From the IMG/VR virus record IMGVR_UViG_3300020042_012680, positions 1 to 64,000 of that record: 64,000 nt of DNA; one strand, 5' to 3'. The translations under genes were made by a program, and so were the position numbers. Position 1 is the stretch's first letter, and each line of letters opens with the position of its first letter. Of this stretch, positions 29,601-38,944 are shown one piece after another. Origin of the DNA: a virus. Taxonomy: Duplodnaviria; Caudoviricetes. The notes beneath the pieces were generated by a model. The model did no database searches. It saw only the letters and a list, made by a program, of their open reading frames with translations, and was not told the DNA's origin.

Positions 29601-32600
29601 TTCAGAAGCAACAATTAAATCTTTAATTGTTTGATCTGTAGATGTAAATGCGCTTATCAATCCTGAAGTTAAAGTTGACAAAGCTATCGTTCCTCCAAAT
29701 TTTGCTCCACCTCCTAAAGATGCAGCTCCTAAACCAAATGAAGCAGCTTGACCCACAGTCGAGACGATTTGTTTATTTCTTTCACCTTCAATTCTAGAAT
29801 TAACAGTATCTACCAATTTATTAATTCCAATTATAACTGCTGTTACTACTGCTTGTTGAAGAAGAAATCTAGCTGTAGAAGAAGTTGCTAGAGCTACTCC
29901 TCCCGCTACAATTGGTGCAGCAAAATTAGGTATAAAACCATTAGATGCTCCTGCAGTTTTAGCTTTGTTACCAGCCCTAGATACTCCTTGACCCAAACCA
30001 AGTGGCTCATCTTTTGTGTTGTAGACTCCTAGACCAAGAGGGTTCGAAGCAGAAGTCAATCTTTGGTCTTTACCAATTTTTATTCTAGATGGAGATGTTC
30101 CAGCCATAACTTCTCTATTTATAGAATCATTTAGTGCTGAAAAGTTAGGTATAAAACCTTTAGATTTACTTTTACTAGAAGAAGTTTTTTGAATTTTACC
30201 ATTTAATAATTCTGTAAATGGGAGACCAGGTATATTAGAATTGTAAGCTTTTTTAATTATAGATCTAATTGCTGTAGAATCAGAGGTTAATTTTGCATCA
30301 GCTTTAATTAAGTTAGATTTAAATCCAAATCTTGATTTAAATTGTCCGCTTGCTGCTCCAGATTCTTCAAAATCAAACGGCCTTCTGAAATCGTCATCTA
30401 CAGATTGTACAAATTTTCCTGGATTTTTTGTAGCAATTTTTACTACTGTTTCAAAAAGATCTCCTATAGCTCCTGGAGGTAAGAAGCTTTTACCATTTTT
30501 AATTTTTCCAAGCACTTCATTTACTCCATCTCCTTGATTCCCTAACGCACTACCCATAAACTGTGTTGCCACATTAGCTAAAGGTGGTAAAATTTGCTCT
30601 GTTAATAATTTAATAAACTCGTTGGGCTTTTGCTTATCTAAAGCATCTAAAGACCTAACTTGTACCTTATCAAATCGAACCATGTTTTCACCTATAGATG
30701 GGTCGGTTTTAACTGCGTTAGAAAACATTGGTAATGTAGCCAGCGAAGTAGAGGTAGGCACATCACCGCTTTTGCCTCTTAAAGATAAAACTCCTAAAGT
30801 TTCTGCGTTAAAAGGTTTAGTTATTCTAGTTGGACTTTTAGTAGAAGCTCTACCTGCCAATATCTTTTGTTTGGCTAAATTTACAGCTGTTGATTCGGCC
30901 GCTGTTAAACGATTAGTAAATGTTGAATTTGATGTTAGTGATCTTATGTCTCCTTTGGATAAAGCTTTAGTTATTGCTACTTGTACAGCTGGAGATATTG
31001 CTGAGAAATTTGGTATAAAACCAGAGCTTGCATATGGATTAAATCCATATACTGAATCAAATTGACTTTTATAATTTTTCCCAGCTTTGCTAGTTTGAGG
31101 AGGCATAATTGCTGGTTGATCCATTCCAGGAAATTTTTTAACTTTTTCTGCTGAATTATAAGTTACAGAACCTTCTCCAGGAATATTCATTTTACGAACA
31201 TATCCAGGGTCATATCCACCAGCTAATGCTCCTAAAATTTCTGAACTAGCAAAATTAGGAATAAATCCTGCACTCTTTGCTTTTAATACTCCACCTTTAG
31301 CAGATAATCCTTTTCCAATTAATCCAGTAGTTAAAGTAGTTGATAATGAAGCGGCTTTTTGTCTTTCTAAAGTTTGCTGTCTTATAATTGCAAGAATTTT
31401 ATTTTCAACATCTAAAACAGTTATTTCTTTATTGTAAATTGCTTGAACGAGAGCAGGTTCTTGAGATAAAACTTGATTTATTTTTGCTTGTATTGCTGCT
31501 CTTTCTTCAGATTTTGTATTTAAACTCAAAAGAACTTGTAATGATTGTGCAGCAAATTTTCCTAGATTAAATACTAATTTAGCAACAACCGCAGTAAGCA
31601 AAACTATTCCAGGACCAGAAACAAACGCCCCAATTTGCTCAAATATACCTTTGGCAATTTTGTTTCCAATACCACCTCCATCTACATCAATACTTTCTAG
31701 TCCTTTATTTAATAAATTTAATAAATTTTCTATACTTGGCCCAAAAGATACTTTTCCAAGATCAGAACCTACTTTAGTTAAATTTACAAAAGTTTTATTA
31801 ATTAAAGAAGATAAAGTTTGATTTAAAGCTTCATTTCGAGTTATGGCTTGATCTGTTGCGCTAGATGAAGTTCTAAGTGCATTGTTATAAACAGAATATT
31901 CTTTTCCTAAGTCTGCTAATGCTGCTTTTAAAATATTGATTTGGAAAACGCCACCAACAGTTTCTGCTACTTGAGCTCTTTGGGAATCACCTAAAGTTCC
32001 GAAAGTACTTGCAAGATTAGATAATACTTGAATTGCTGGTAAGGTAGTTCCTTCTAAAGTTCTAACTTGAATACCTAATTGTTCTAATTGGTCAAGAGTA
32101 TCTGTCCTTTGTATTCTAGTAAAAATTGTTTTTAAAGAATTTCCGATAACTGCTCCGCCTCTAGCAGTGGTTTGCTGAACACTTGTAACAATTGCTAATA
32201 ATTCATCAAAATCAACTCCTGCATCTTGAGCAGAACTACCAACACGCTTAATAGCTTCTGCAAGGTCTGCACTACTAACAGCAAAAGCAGCGTCAACGTT
32301 AGCTAATTTATTAATAATAGTGGTAGAATCTAAAGCGGCATCACTAAAACTATTAATTGTTGCTGTTAAAGCTTCCACAGAAGCTACTGTATCTAAACCG
32401 CTTAAACGAGTTAAAATAAGAGCATCTTTTGTTCTTTTCAGTGTTGCTTCTAAACCTAAACCTTGACGAGAAAACTCTGTTGCAGCTCGAGCAACTGCGT
32501 CAAAACTTTGGCCAGTGCTTTTTGCTATATCAAATAGCCCAGAGCCGAAAGTGTTTAGACTTTTTGTGCTTACATTTAATATAACATTAATATCAGTTAA

Positions 32601-32882
32601 TGATTTTTGCACATCTATAGTGCTTCTTATTAATGAAGAAAATGCCTTCTCTACCCCATATATTAATCCTGCACTAGCACCGAAAGCGATAACTCTAGCA
32701 TTTGATGCATCTAGTGATTTTTGAAATTCATTAGAAGCACCAGTAATTCGACCTAAAGGTTGAGTAAAGGCTTTTTCATTCAATCCTTTGAATTTAAAAT
32801 CACGCGCTAACGCGCTCTGAATATCTCTTTCGAGCTGTCTTGTGTCTGCGCCTACTGAAATTGTAGCTGAAGTCCTAGCCAT
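26667..32882 (-). CDS. Tail tape measure protein (TP901-type core)
   Basis: 2071 aa, Ala/Gly-rich; GQSF..VA.AATEFSRQG, KLANVDAAFAVSS.DLAEA, ARGGAVIGNSLKTIFTR; two DDVPAML..GEYVI modules. Confidence 0.93.
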   Translation of the reverse strand: MARTSATISVGADTRQLERDIQSALARDFKFKGLNEKAFTQPLGRITGASNEFQKSLDASNARVIAFGASAGLIYGVEKAFSSLIRSTIDVQKSLTDINVILNVSTKSLNTFGSGLFDIAKSTGQSFDAVARAATEFSRQGLGLEATLKRTKDALILTRLSGLDTVASVEALTATINSFSDAALDSTTIINKLANVDAAFAVSSADLAEAIKRVGSSAQDAGVDFDELLAIVTSVQQTTARGGAVIGNSLKTIFTRIQRTDTLDQLEQLGIQVRTLEGTTLPAIQVLSNLASTFGTLGDSQRAQVAETVGGVFQINILKAALADLGKEYSVYNNALRTSSSATDQAITRNEALNQTLSSLINKTFVNLTKVGSDLGKVSFGPSIENLLNLLNKGLESIDVDGGGIGNKIAKGIFEQIGAFVSGPGIVLLTAVVAKLVFNLGKFAAQSLQVLLSLNTKSEERAAIQAKINQVLSQEPALVQAIYNKEITVLDVENKILAIIRQQTLERQKAASLSTTLTTGLIGKGLSAKGGVLKAKSAGFIPNFASSEILGALAGGYDPGYVRKMNIPGEGSVTYNSAEKVKKFPGMDQPAIMPPQTSKAGKNYKSQFDSVYGFNPYASSGFIPNFSAISPAVQVAITKALSKGDIRSLTSNSTFTNRLTAAESTAVNLAKQKILAGRASTKSPTRITKPFNAETLGVLSLRGKSGDVPTSTSLATLPMFSNAVKTDPSIGENMVRFDKVQVRSLDALDKQKPNEFIKLLTEQILPPLANVATQFMGSALGNQGDGVNEVLGKIKNGKSFLPPGAIGDLFETVVKIATKNPGKFVQSVDDDFRRPFDFEESGAASGQFKSRFGFKSNLIKADAKLTSDSTAIRSIIKKAYNSNIPGLPFTELLNGKIQKTSSSKSKSKGFIPNFSALNDSINREVMAGTSPSRIKIGKDQRLTSASNPLGLGVYNTKDEPLGLGQGVSRAGNKAKTAGASNGFIPNFAAPIVAGGVALATSSTARFLLQQAVVTAVIIGINKLVDTVNSRIEGERNKQIVSTVGQAASFGLGAASLGGGAKFGGTIALSTLTSGLISAFTSTDQTIKDLIVASEENKDKIEEFNSAFSSYSSNLEKLKDENISLGEKQKILSQNNEQLSKILLNTPDNLRESLANTLSTGDFEKIAEGLSQVQTALQVQSANTQNLANVLEITSDKKVSQAESSKLVSSILGVQNERGISLAGSVMNNPRILENFQKNLNESLGKEGINVSNRDLTDAVEKRFGYRTNMDGDRAYAKSTNYPNFVLQKQEIDKKELNRLKSIVAPDVFKQKQKEFEEKSQNIVINSIEQLFKDAEISQNTIDSIIQPLRGLPFDETSTQAQALNQALGLLGLTVKKTDKGLEVLLKYTREDLLRRAGLAGDVSSNPASADAFRKNINVKSLEEYSKEVLDKDMSLNANRIATGRVLDAQQQIYSSILNETERRKVNAKFIEQTNNLQKKGVIDLDKFILAVQGGQEELVALNQRARGLMFAEDFKGARQAGREKRILGGDAKLEDIPAAFFDEFDFRTEDSYRQAQLGAADTARTIKSEFNNAFLSFADGTETASDAFTKMALNISNRIQQLALEFATNQIFGSLGSTSGIGGAIGDFLSGLSKSKGGIIKGYSSGGNVTGGSGTKDDVPAMLSGGEYVIRKSAVKKYGPEYLQMLNEGKVEKRFLGGALGLTIAALAQGAKTNPGAASMLTNIAPAFGFPIGQKSMRGTSQQSMQVAPGQSGRVNPREYEKFAGGGEVGFLGKNFYKYNDPLYPTGGESVISENLSLLAILDEDNPQNAIRKERETTLFNYLIYLKDLKERNEEAYKENQRLNKEIRDNYNRQQNQKQTGALVGFGLGVAGAFAPGFMPGGKDSFFGKSSTPNMRLRQPYGGFDRNYPPDARGRLKLGKASGGQIKKFAAGGSNVDDIPALLMAGEFVIKKDIVNMYGKQFFDDLNRGRIKKFAEGGPVGNLSSSPSSVPASNTSAYSPVNNINITVNVAKEQSQVVSQNQNSSASEEDAKEETVKNKDLAEKIKGQVIRVLTEQQRPGGMLSSSIYKKR

Positions 32883-32943
32883 ACCTTATTCCTTTACTAT
32901 AAGGAATTACACGAAATATTATTAATTATGATAGTATTAGACT

Positions 32944-33954
32944 TTAAACTCCATGCATCTTCATTAAATCTTCCATGCTAAGAACGCCACCCTTTTTTTG
33001 AGCTTCTTTATGTAAGCTGAGTCCATTTTCATCTTTTCCTATTTTTGCAAGATCTTCTTTGGTAGCTCCTATTATGGAAGTAGCGATTGCACCTTCTGTT
33101 TTCTTTGCATTACCTTCATTTTTACTTAAGACTTCTTCCGCATTTCTGCTGCTTTCTAACCATTCAATAAGCTTATCAGGATCTTCGTAATATTCTGCTG
33201 GGGGTTGATGCTTTGCTTGAGACAAGATATTCTTAAAGTATCTAGCATATCCAAATATTTCCATTTGATAGAAAGTTAAATATACAATAGGTTTGCCATA
33301 TAAGCTATATGCGCTATCATCACAAATATTAAATAAGCTCAAATAATAAGATGACAAAGCTATTTTCTTAAGATTTTTATCATTATAGTTTTTATTAATG
33401 TTATTATAGATTTCAAGCACATCAGATAGATCCTTATTTTCTAACTGATCAAAGTCTTCTTCTGAAAAAAATCTTTCTTTTAAATATTGGTCTTTAAATA
33501 AAGAATTAAACATGTAATATTCATTAATTTTTTTATTACTATAATCTTCTACTGTAAAGCCTAGTAGCTCTTTTCTTTCTGATATTAGATTGATTAGTTT
33601 TATATTTTCTTCACTGATTTGTTTGGATAACTGAGCAATATCTTCATTTTTAAAAACTTTAGATTTTGTTTGCTTTAATTCATCAATATAAGATTTTATT
33701 TTTTTTATTTCCTCATTATTCTCTTTAGACCAGAGTTTTTCGCTAATAATATACTCTTCTTTTTGCTCTTCCGTGGGCAAGCCATTCTTTATGGCTTTTT
33801 GCATGAATTCTTGTTTTAAGTGATCTATATCACCAGAATCAATTGTAGTATTATGCTTAAAATATAACTTGTTATTTTTATAGTAGGAAACACTATAACC
33901 TTTTAAAATATCAACAAAAAGTATTCTTAGTTTATTTTTATCTAAGATCTCCAA
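32944..33954 (-). CDS. Putative tail assembly chaperone (T-like)
   Basis: Position directly upstream of the tape measure gene; TTG start with AAGGA SD. Confidence 0.55.
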   Translation of the reverse strand: MEILDKNKLRILFVDILKGYSVSYYKNNKLYFKHNTTIDSGDIDHLKQEFMQKAIKNGLPTEEQKEEYIISEKLWSKENNEEIKKIKSYIDELKQTKSKVFKNEDIAQLSKQISEENIKLINLISERKELLGFTVEDYSNKKINEYYMFNSLFKDQYLKERFFSEEDFDQLENKDLSDVLEIYNNINKNYNDKNLKKIALSSYYLSLFNICDDSAYSLYGKPIVYLTFYQMEIFGYARYFKNILSQAKHQPPAEYYEDPDKLIEWLESSRNAEEVLSKNEGNAKKTEGAIATSIIGATKEDLAKIGKDENGLSLHKEAQKKGGVLSMEDLMKMHGV

Positions 33955-33957
33955 GAC

Positions 33958-34716
33958 TTATTCCTTAGATTTTTCTTCTTTTTTAGAAATATTCAAAAGT
34001 TTCTCAAACTCTTCTTGAGAGGCTGCTCTTCCAATATACCAAAAACTAATTAAATAAAGAAGCTTTTGTAGAGCTATTTTTTCTAGGTTACTTTCGCTCT
34101 CTTCAATTTCATCATATCTCTTTAGCTTATCTTCATAAGAACCTTCGTTGAATAAATCTTTGAATTTTTTACTTTCATCTTGAATAAGACTTAATTGTAG
34201 AACCCACCACATGATAGTTTTATTACGAGCCCTATTTTCTGCAGTTTGCTCGAATAAGTTTGCTTGGGCCATTTCATATTTTTGAAGTCTTTCTCTAGCG
34301 TCGTTCATTTTTTCTATATTATTTTGAATAGCTTTCTTCTCTTCTTCTGTTCTTATAGATTCTTCTTTTATTGATAATTTTTGAAATTCATTTTGAAGAT
34401 TAAAGAAATCAAGATAAAGTTCATTATATTCTTTTTGCTCTTCATCGCTTAGAACTCCTCCGTCGTTATTAAATCTTTTAGCTAATAAGGCGCGAGTTAA
34501 TAATCCAGCCTTAATACCCTCTGAAAGTCTAACTCCATAAAATAATTCGGCTTCATCAAATAAACTTCTTGTTGGTTTTCTAATAGCTAATTTAACAGGA
34601 ACAGTAGTCTTTACTTTAGAAGTTGTTTTTACTTCTTCACCTTTTTCGTTAGTAGATATTTCTACTTTATCTATTTCCTTTTCATGATATATATCAAATT
34701 CAAACATTGTTTTCAT
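33958..34716 (-). CDS. Putative tail assembly chaperone (G-like)
   Basis: Position between tail tube and tape measure; helical and charged. Confidence 0.55.
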   Translation of the reverse strand: MKTMFEFDIYHEKEIDKVEISTNEKGEEVKTTSKVKTTVPVKLAIRKPTRSLFDEAELFYGVRLSEGIKAGLLTRALLAKRFNNDGGVLSDEEQKEYNELYLDFFNLQNEFQKLSIKEESIRTEEEKKAIQNNIEKMNDARERLQKYEMAQANLFEQTAENRARNKTIMWWVLQLSLIQDESKKFKDLFNEGSYEDKLKRYDEIEESESNLEKIALQKLLYLISFWYIGRAASQEEFEKLLNISKKEEKSKE

Positions 34717-34988
34717 ATTTTTTCTCCATTAGTATTAATTAGGTCATCTAAATAGTTTTTAACTTTACCATAATAAACTACTCCACCAATTGTTTTAATA
34801 AATCTGTGTTTTTTATCTTCGTCCCAGCGTTGATAATTTTTAATAAAATTTAAATTTTTAAATGTTGTTAAAGTTGGTTTTGAAATTCCAAAGTTGTCCT
34901 TTAAGCTTTTTTGTATGCTTTGAACAGAAAGATTTCCTTCGATTATCTCGTCTATAGGGAAGTTATAGTTTAATTTTTTAAGTTTCAT
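34713..34988 (-). CDS. Hypothetical protein
   Basis: 91 aa ORF coupled by ATGA-type overlaps. Confidence 0.65.
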   Translation of the reverse strand: MKLKKLNYNFPIDEIIEGNLSVQSIQKSLKDNFGISKPTLTTFKNLNFIKNYQRWDEDKKHRFIKTIGGVVYYGKVKNYLDDLINTNGEKI

Positions 34989-35209
34989 TTTAATGTTATA
35001 TTTAACTTAGTAAAGCTTTCTTCTATTTCCCTGAAAGCGTCATTAGCGTTATCAAGTACTCTTTTACGTATTTTTTGATAAGTTTCATCATTTATATTAT
35101 AGCCAGAATCACCTAAATCTTCAAGAATAAAAAAGAAATTCTTATATATATTTGTGATTTTTCTTTTTATCTGAAAAAGAGTTATATCTTTTAAAGCTTC
35201 ATTTTCCAT
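34985..35209 (-). CDS. Hypothetical protein
   Basis: 74 aa ORF downstream of GTGTAA (35250-35255). Confidence 0.65.
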   Translation of the reverse strand: MENEALKDITLFQIKRKITNIYKNFFFILEDLGDSGYNINDETYQKIRKRVLDNANDAFREIEESFTKLNITLK

Positions 35210-35256
35210 ATTCTTTTACCTTTTAACCAACCTTTAACCTTACATGGTATTACACA

Positions 35257-35290
35257 AAAAATAACCCCCGCAGAACGCGAGGGTTATTTT
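35257..35290 (-). terminator. Intrinsic terminator after the major tail tube gene
   Basis: Hairpin AAAATAACCC-TCGC-gttct-GCGG-GGGTTATTTT followed by a T-run, then immediately GTGTAA. Confidence 0.8.
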
Positions 35291-35312
35291 GTGATATATA
35301 TTTTACTGTCTA

Positions 35313-36461
35313 TTAGATTTGACCGTTAATAAACAATCCGTTAGTTGTATCTTGAGGACCGCCAATTTGAGAACTAAATGTAAGAGTAACAGATTTATTA
35401 CTTCCGATATCAGTACTGTATTCTTGGCTATCTAGTTTTGCGCCTTTGAGCAAGAATTTAGCCATAGTCACAGTAGAGTCAGTAGGACTCTTAATTGTAA
35501 TAGATGGGGTATATGTTGCACTATCGTCTGCTACAAGAGTTGCTAAATTGCCTGCGTTCATTTCTGTTACTTGAGCTTCTACGCTAAGTGAAACAGTTAA
35601 TGGGAAATCAATTTCTCTTGTAAATGCAAACTTGTTACCTAATCTTTGAATTGGAGTACGACCCAAATCTAAGCTTAAAGTATAGCTTTGAATATTCATG
35701 CTGTTAACATCTACTCCGCTAGCGAGCGAGTCACTTAGTGATAATGTTATATCTCCTGGACGTAGAGCGGAAATTGTATTTCCGATACCAACTCCAACAT
35801 TTTGAGTAGCTTGAGATAATTGATAATAATTTTGTAGAGGGGATCCGTTTACAGGATTTACTGCTGGCACAAAATTACCGCTTATTCCTTTTTGAAAGTT
35901 CATATTTAAACCTTCAACATTTATGGTTGTTGTTGGGAAATTACCAACAGATCCCTCTGTCGAATAAGAGGTTATTGTTCCGTTGCCAATACCTATGACT
36001 CCATTATCACCAGAAGAGCTACTTGTTAAGCCTACTGCGTCTGTGCCTTCTGGAGTTGTGCGAATAAAGTAATTTCTTTCATCAGAAGTTTTATTTAAAA
36101 ATCCAGATATAGCAGAAACTGTAGAATCACTACTGCCACTAGCTATTGTAAGGCCGAGTATATTTTCGTTTGATAAGTTTCCTAGTAAATAACTAAAATC
36201 AAGAGATACAGTTGGACTGTTTAAAATAACTCTATCAATAGCTGCTAATTGACCATATTGATTAACATCTGTGCGTTCTACATTAAAACTATAATTAGCG
36301 GTTTGAATTCTTTGTAGTTGTTTAACTAGACTTGTGGATTCATTCATCACATTGCTGTTGCCGCCTATTCCAGGGGTAAATGTTCCATAATGCAAACCTG
36401 TTGCGGGTGCAGGTCCAGCATAAAGAGCTTCTGATTGATAAATTATTCTATTTCTAGGCAT
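35313..36461 (-). CDS. Major tail tube protein
   Basis: Own GTGTAA motif, SD and terminator; RIQTANYSF...DVNQYGQL..IDR...P.VSLDFSY; position upstream of chaperones and tape measure. Confidence 0.75.
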   Translation of the reverse strand: MPRNRIIYQSEALYAGPAPATGLHYGTFTPGIGGNSNVMNESTSLVKQLQRIQTANYSFNVERTDVNQYGQLAAIDRVILNSPTVSLDFSYLLGNLSNENILGLTIASGSSDSTVSAISGFLNKTSDERNYFIRTTPEGTDAVGLTSSSSGDNGVIGIGNGTITSYSTEGSVGNFPTTTINVEGLNMNFQKGISGNFVPAVNPVNGSPLQNYYQLSQATQNVGVGIGNTISALRPGDITLSLSDSLASGVDVNSMNIQSYTLSLDLGRTPIQRLGNKFAFTREIDFPLTVSLSVEAQVTEMNAGNLATLVADDSATYTPSITIKSPTDSTVTMAKFLLKGAKLDSQEYSTDIGSNKSVTLTFSSQIGGPQDTTNGLFINGQI

Positions 36462-36517
36462 ATTAGTATTTCTCCGTTTCTATTTATTACACAGTTTTTT
36501 TCTATTTTTCTATTTTT

Positions 36518-37381
36518 TTATTGTCTTGGATATCTATTTTGACTTAAATCAAAGTCTATAAATGCAGTAAAAAGGTTAGGATTTAATCTATTATAGCTAT
36601 TAGTTAATCTGCTATCTATTTTAGAAACATTTACATTATCTATATAAAGATAATCATAATCTGCTTGTTTATTAGCTGTGGATTCTAAGTAATTAAAGCA
36701 GTCTCCAGTGCAACTACCTAATGAATTAAATGGCATATCATACTCATATAATAATGGCACAAGCGTTTTGCTTGTGTCTCTGAATATGCTAGTTAATGCG
36801 TCTAATTTAAATACATTATCAGATAATACTATAGCTCTTACTCGAATATTTGTTTTATCTAATCCTCCAAATGCTAATGGCTCATTTTCACCACCTTGAT
36901 ATTTTAAGTAAACAACAGGGTAAGTTTCAGCGTTTGAAGCTAATCCTGTTGGATTTTGTGAAACTCTAGGATTTATTTCAAATTGAGTTTCAAATAAAAG
37001 ATCCTCTTCTGTTTCACTAGTTAGATAAATATTAAAATCTTTGACTGCATAATTTCCGCTTATAGAAGATGGAGCCCCAGCAACTGGTTGACTAAAATAC
37101 AGCTGTCCTTGAGAAGCATTTATTCCACTCAAATAATTTTGACCGACTTTAGTAAATGAACCATTTATATAGACTCCACTAATTATATTAGCGCCACTTA
37201 TAGATTCGTCGATTACCATCTGTTTGAATGGTGCACCATATGTATAATAGCCGTAATATGTAGTATCTATAGGCCAAAAATTACTAGAATGATTTACGAA
37301 AGCTTCTCCTTTTGTTAATAACTTATTATCAAACCAGAAAATCATGCTACTCATTACTATGTTATTAAATTGAATTTTCAT
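36518..37381 (-). CDS. Putative tail completion/terminator protein
   Basis: Position between neck genes and tail tube. Confidence 0.5.
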   Translation of the reverse strand: MKIQFNNIVMSSMIFWFDNKLLTKGEAFVNHSSNFWPIDTTYYGYYTYGAPFKQMVIDESISGANIISGVYINGSFTKVGQNYLSGINASQGQLYFSQPVAGAPSSISGNYAVKDFNIYLTSETEEDLLFETQFEINPRVSQNPTGLASNAETYPVVYLKYQGGENEPLAFGGLDKTNIRVRAIVLSDNVFKLDALTSIFRDTSKTLVPLLYEYDMPFNSLGSCTGDCFNYLESTANKQADYDYLYIDNVNVSKIDSRLTNSYNRLNPNLFTAFIDFDLSQNRYPRQ

Positions 37382-37382
37382 T

Positions 37383-37964
37383 TTAATTAAAACTTTCTAT
37401 AAAATTTTTATACAAACTACTAAAATATTTTGTTGGTTTATAATTTGCTCTACGCACTCTATTCTTGGATTGGATCGCTTTACCAGACCTACTACTAGGA
37501 AATATTAAACCATAAAAATAATAACTAAAACCAGATATTCCTTTTTCTAATCCACTTAGCCAACTATTTCCCACTTCAAACGGCATTCTAGTAGTATTTT
37601 TTAATTCATCCATGGAAGGAGAGTATACCTCAAACCTAAAGATTCCATTTTTTGCATCTTTTTCTTTTATGCTAGTATTTTTTTGTATAACATCAATTAA
37701 ATCTTCTACTGGTTTATCAGAATCATTGAACCCAATAAAACTAAACAAATTTCCTTCTCCGTCTAGTGTCCTAGAAATATTTTCTGCGCTTGGACCGTTA
37801 GATAGTTCTTCTGATATAGGGTGATTTTGTATTTTTTCAATATATTGTTTTTTCTTTTCAATCAATAAATCATTAGCAATAACTGCTGCTTGTTTTCTTA
37901 AGGACTCTGATTGAGCTTTTGAAATTTCGTTTTTAAGTATAGACTTGTTTATTCTAGCTGCCAT
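37383..37964 (-). CDS. Putative neck protein
   Basis: Position in head-tail joining cluster; basic C-terminus. Confidence 0.45.
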   Translation of the reverse strand: MAARINKSILKNEISKAQSESLRKQAAVIANDLLIEKKKQYIEKIQNHPISEELSNGPSAENISRTLDGEGNLFSFIGFNDSDKPVEDLIDVIQKNTSIKEKDAKNGIFRFEVYSPSMDELKNTTRMPFEVGNSWLSGLEKGISGFSYYFYGLIFPSSRSGKAIQSKNRVRRANYKPTKYFSSLYKNFIESFN

Positions 37965-38401
37965 TATTTTGTTTCCTCAAGATAATATTGATAGTAAGTA
38001 TTGTTTAAATATTTTCTAACTCCACCACTAGTTATTTTATTAAAAGTTTTACCATCAAATTGAATATTTAAAGTTGCACCATTTTCTATATAATTTCTAG
38101 CAGGTTCTTTTACGACAATAGTTACAATTCCTTTGGCTATAGTTAATCTTACGTCAGTTATAATATCTTCACTTTGTTTTTTGTTATAAGATATTCTGCC
38201 TTTAAAAGTAGCATTTACAGGAATATAGGTATAAGTTGCAGGATTAGACTGATTATCGTATCCGAATAATGGTGCTGTGGCTGGAGATAATATTTGTCTT
38301 AATGGCTGTTTGTTAACTACAAAATCCCTAGAAAAATATTCAAAGAATTTATCAAATTCTGCCGAAAACTTTTCTGCCACCTTTGGATTTATAAAACTCA
38401 T
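37964..38401 (-). CDS. Putative head closure protein
   Basis: 145 aa beta-rich ORF in head-tail joining cluster. Confidence 0.45.
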   Translation of the reverse strand: MSFINPKVAEKFSAEFDKFFEYFSRDFVVNKQPLRQILSPATAPLFGYDNQSNPATYTYIPVNATFKGRISYNKKQSEDIITDVRLTIAKGIVTIVVKEPARNYIENGATLNIQFDGKTFNKITSGGVRKYLNNTYYQYYLEETK

Positions 38402-38403
38402 AT

Positions 38404-38913
38404 TTATCCAGCGTTATATATTGTTCTTATATTATATAATGCATCCTTTTCAGAATCGTAGGTTCCTGGTATTGTATCGTCTCCAGCAACTTGTAAGGGA
38501 CTAACTTCATTAAGTTCGTATTTATTAACAAAATCTTGTAATTCTTTATATTCTTGTTGTCTAATCTGGTAAAAACCTTTTAAAATCTCATTTGTGTTTA
38601 ATTTTTGCACGCTACCAAAATCATCTTTTATAGAGGTATAATCGCTAAGAGCAAGGCTTCCTGCGCTTTTTATCTTAATATCAAAAAAATAAATAGAATA
38701 CATTTTTTTGAATATATATTTTTCGATATCAGATAAATTAGGGGTTATCTCTAGAGTAGAACTGTTTATTTCGTAAGAAATATTAAGCATGTTACCCAGT
38801 CCACCAATGTTTCTTCTAACCCATGCTGCTATTGCTGCTATACTAAAATCTTCTGGTTCGCCCATTTCTTCATATATCTCTTGGGCAATAGATGTAACAG
38901 TATTTATAATCAT
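38404..38913 (-). CDS. Putative head-tail adaptor
   Basis: First gene of the joining cluster, preceded by GTGTAA (38922-38927). Confidence 0.45.
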   Translation of the reverse strand: MIINTVTSIAQEIYEEMGEPEDFSIAAIAAWVRRNIGGLGNMLNISYEINSSTLEITPNLSDIEKYIFKKMYSIYFFDIKIKSAGSLALSDYTSIKDDFGSVQKLNTNEILKGFYQIRQQEYKELQDFVNKYELNEVSPLQVAGDDTIPGTYDSEKDALYNIRTIYNAG

Positions 38914-38944
38914 ACTTTAAATTACACTTTAAATTATTATAAAT

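Noticed and set aside
33960-33990. -1 slippery site at the end of the G-like gene
   Set aside because: The sequence is T AAA AAA G, not a proper X XXY YYZ heptamer, and the downstream ORF is in the 0 frame.
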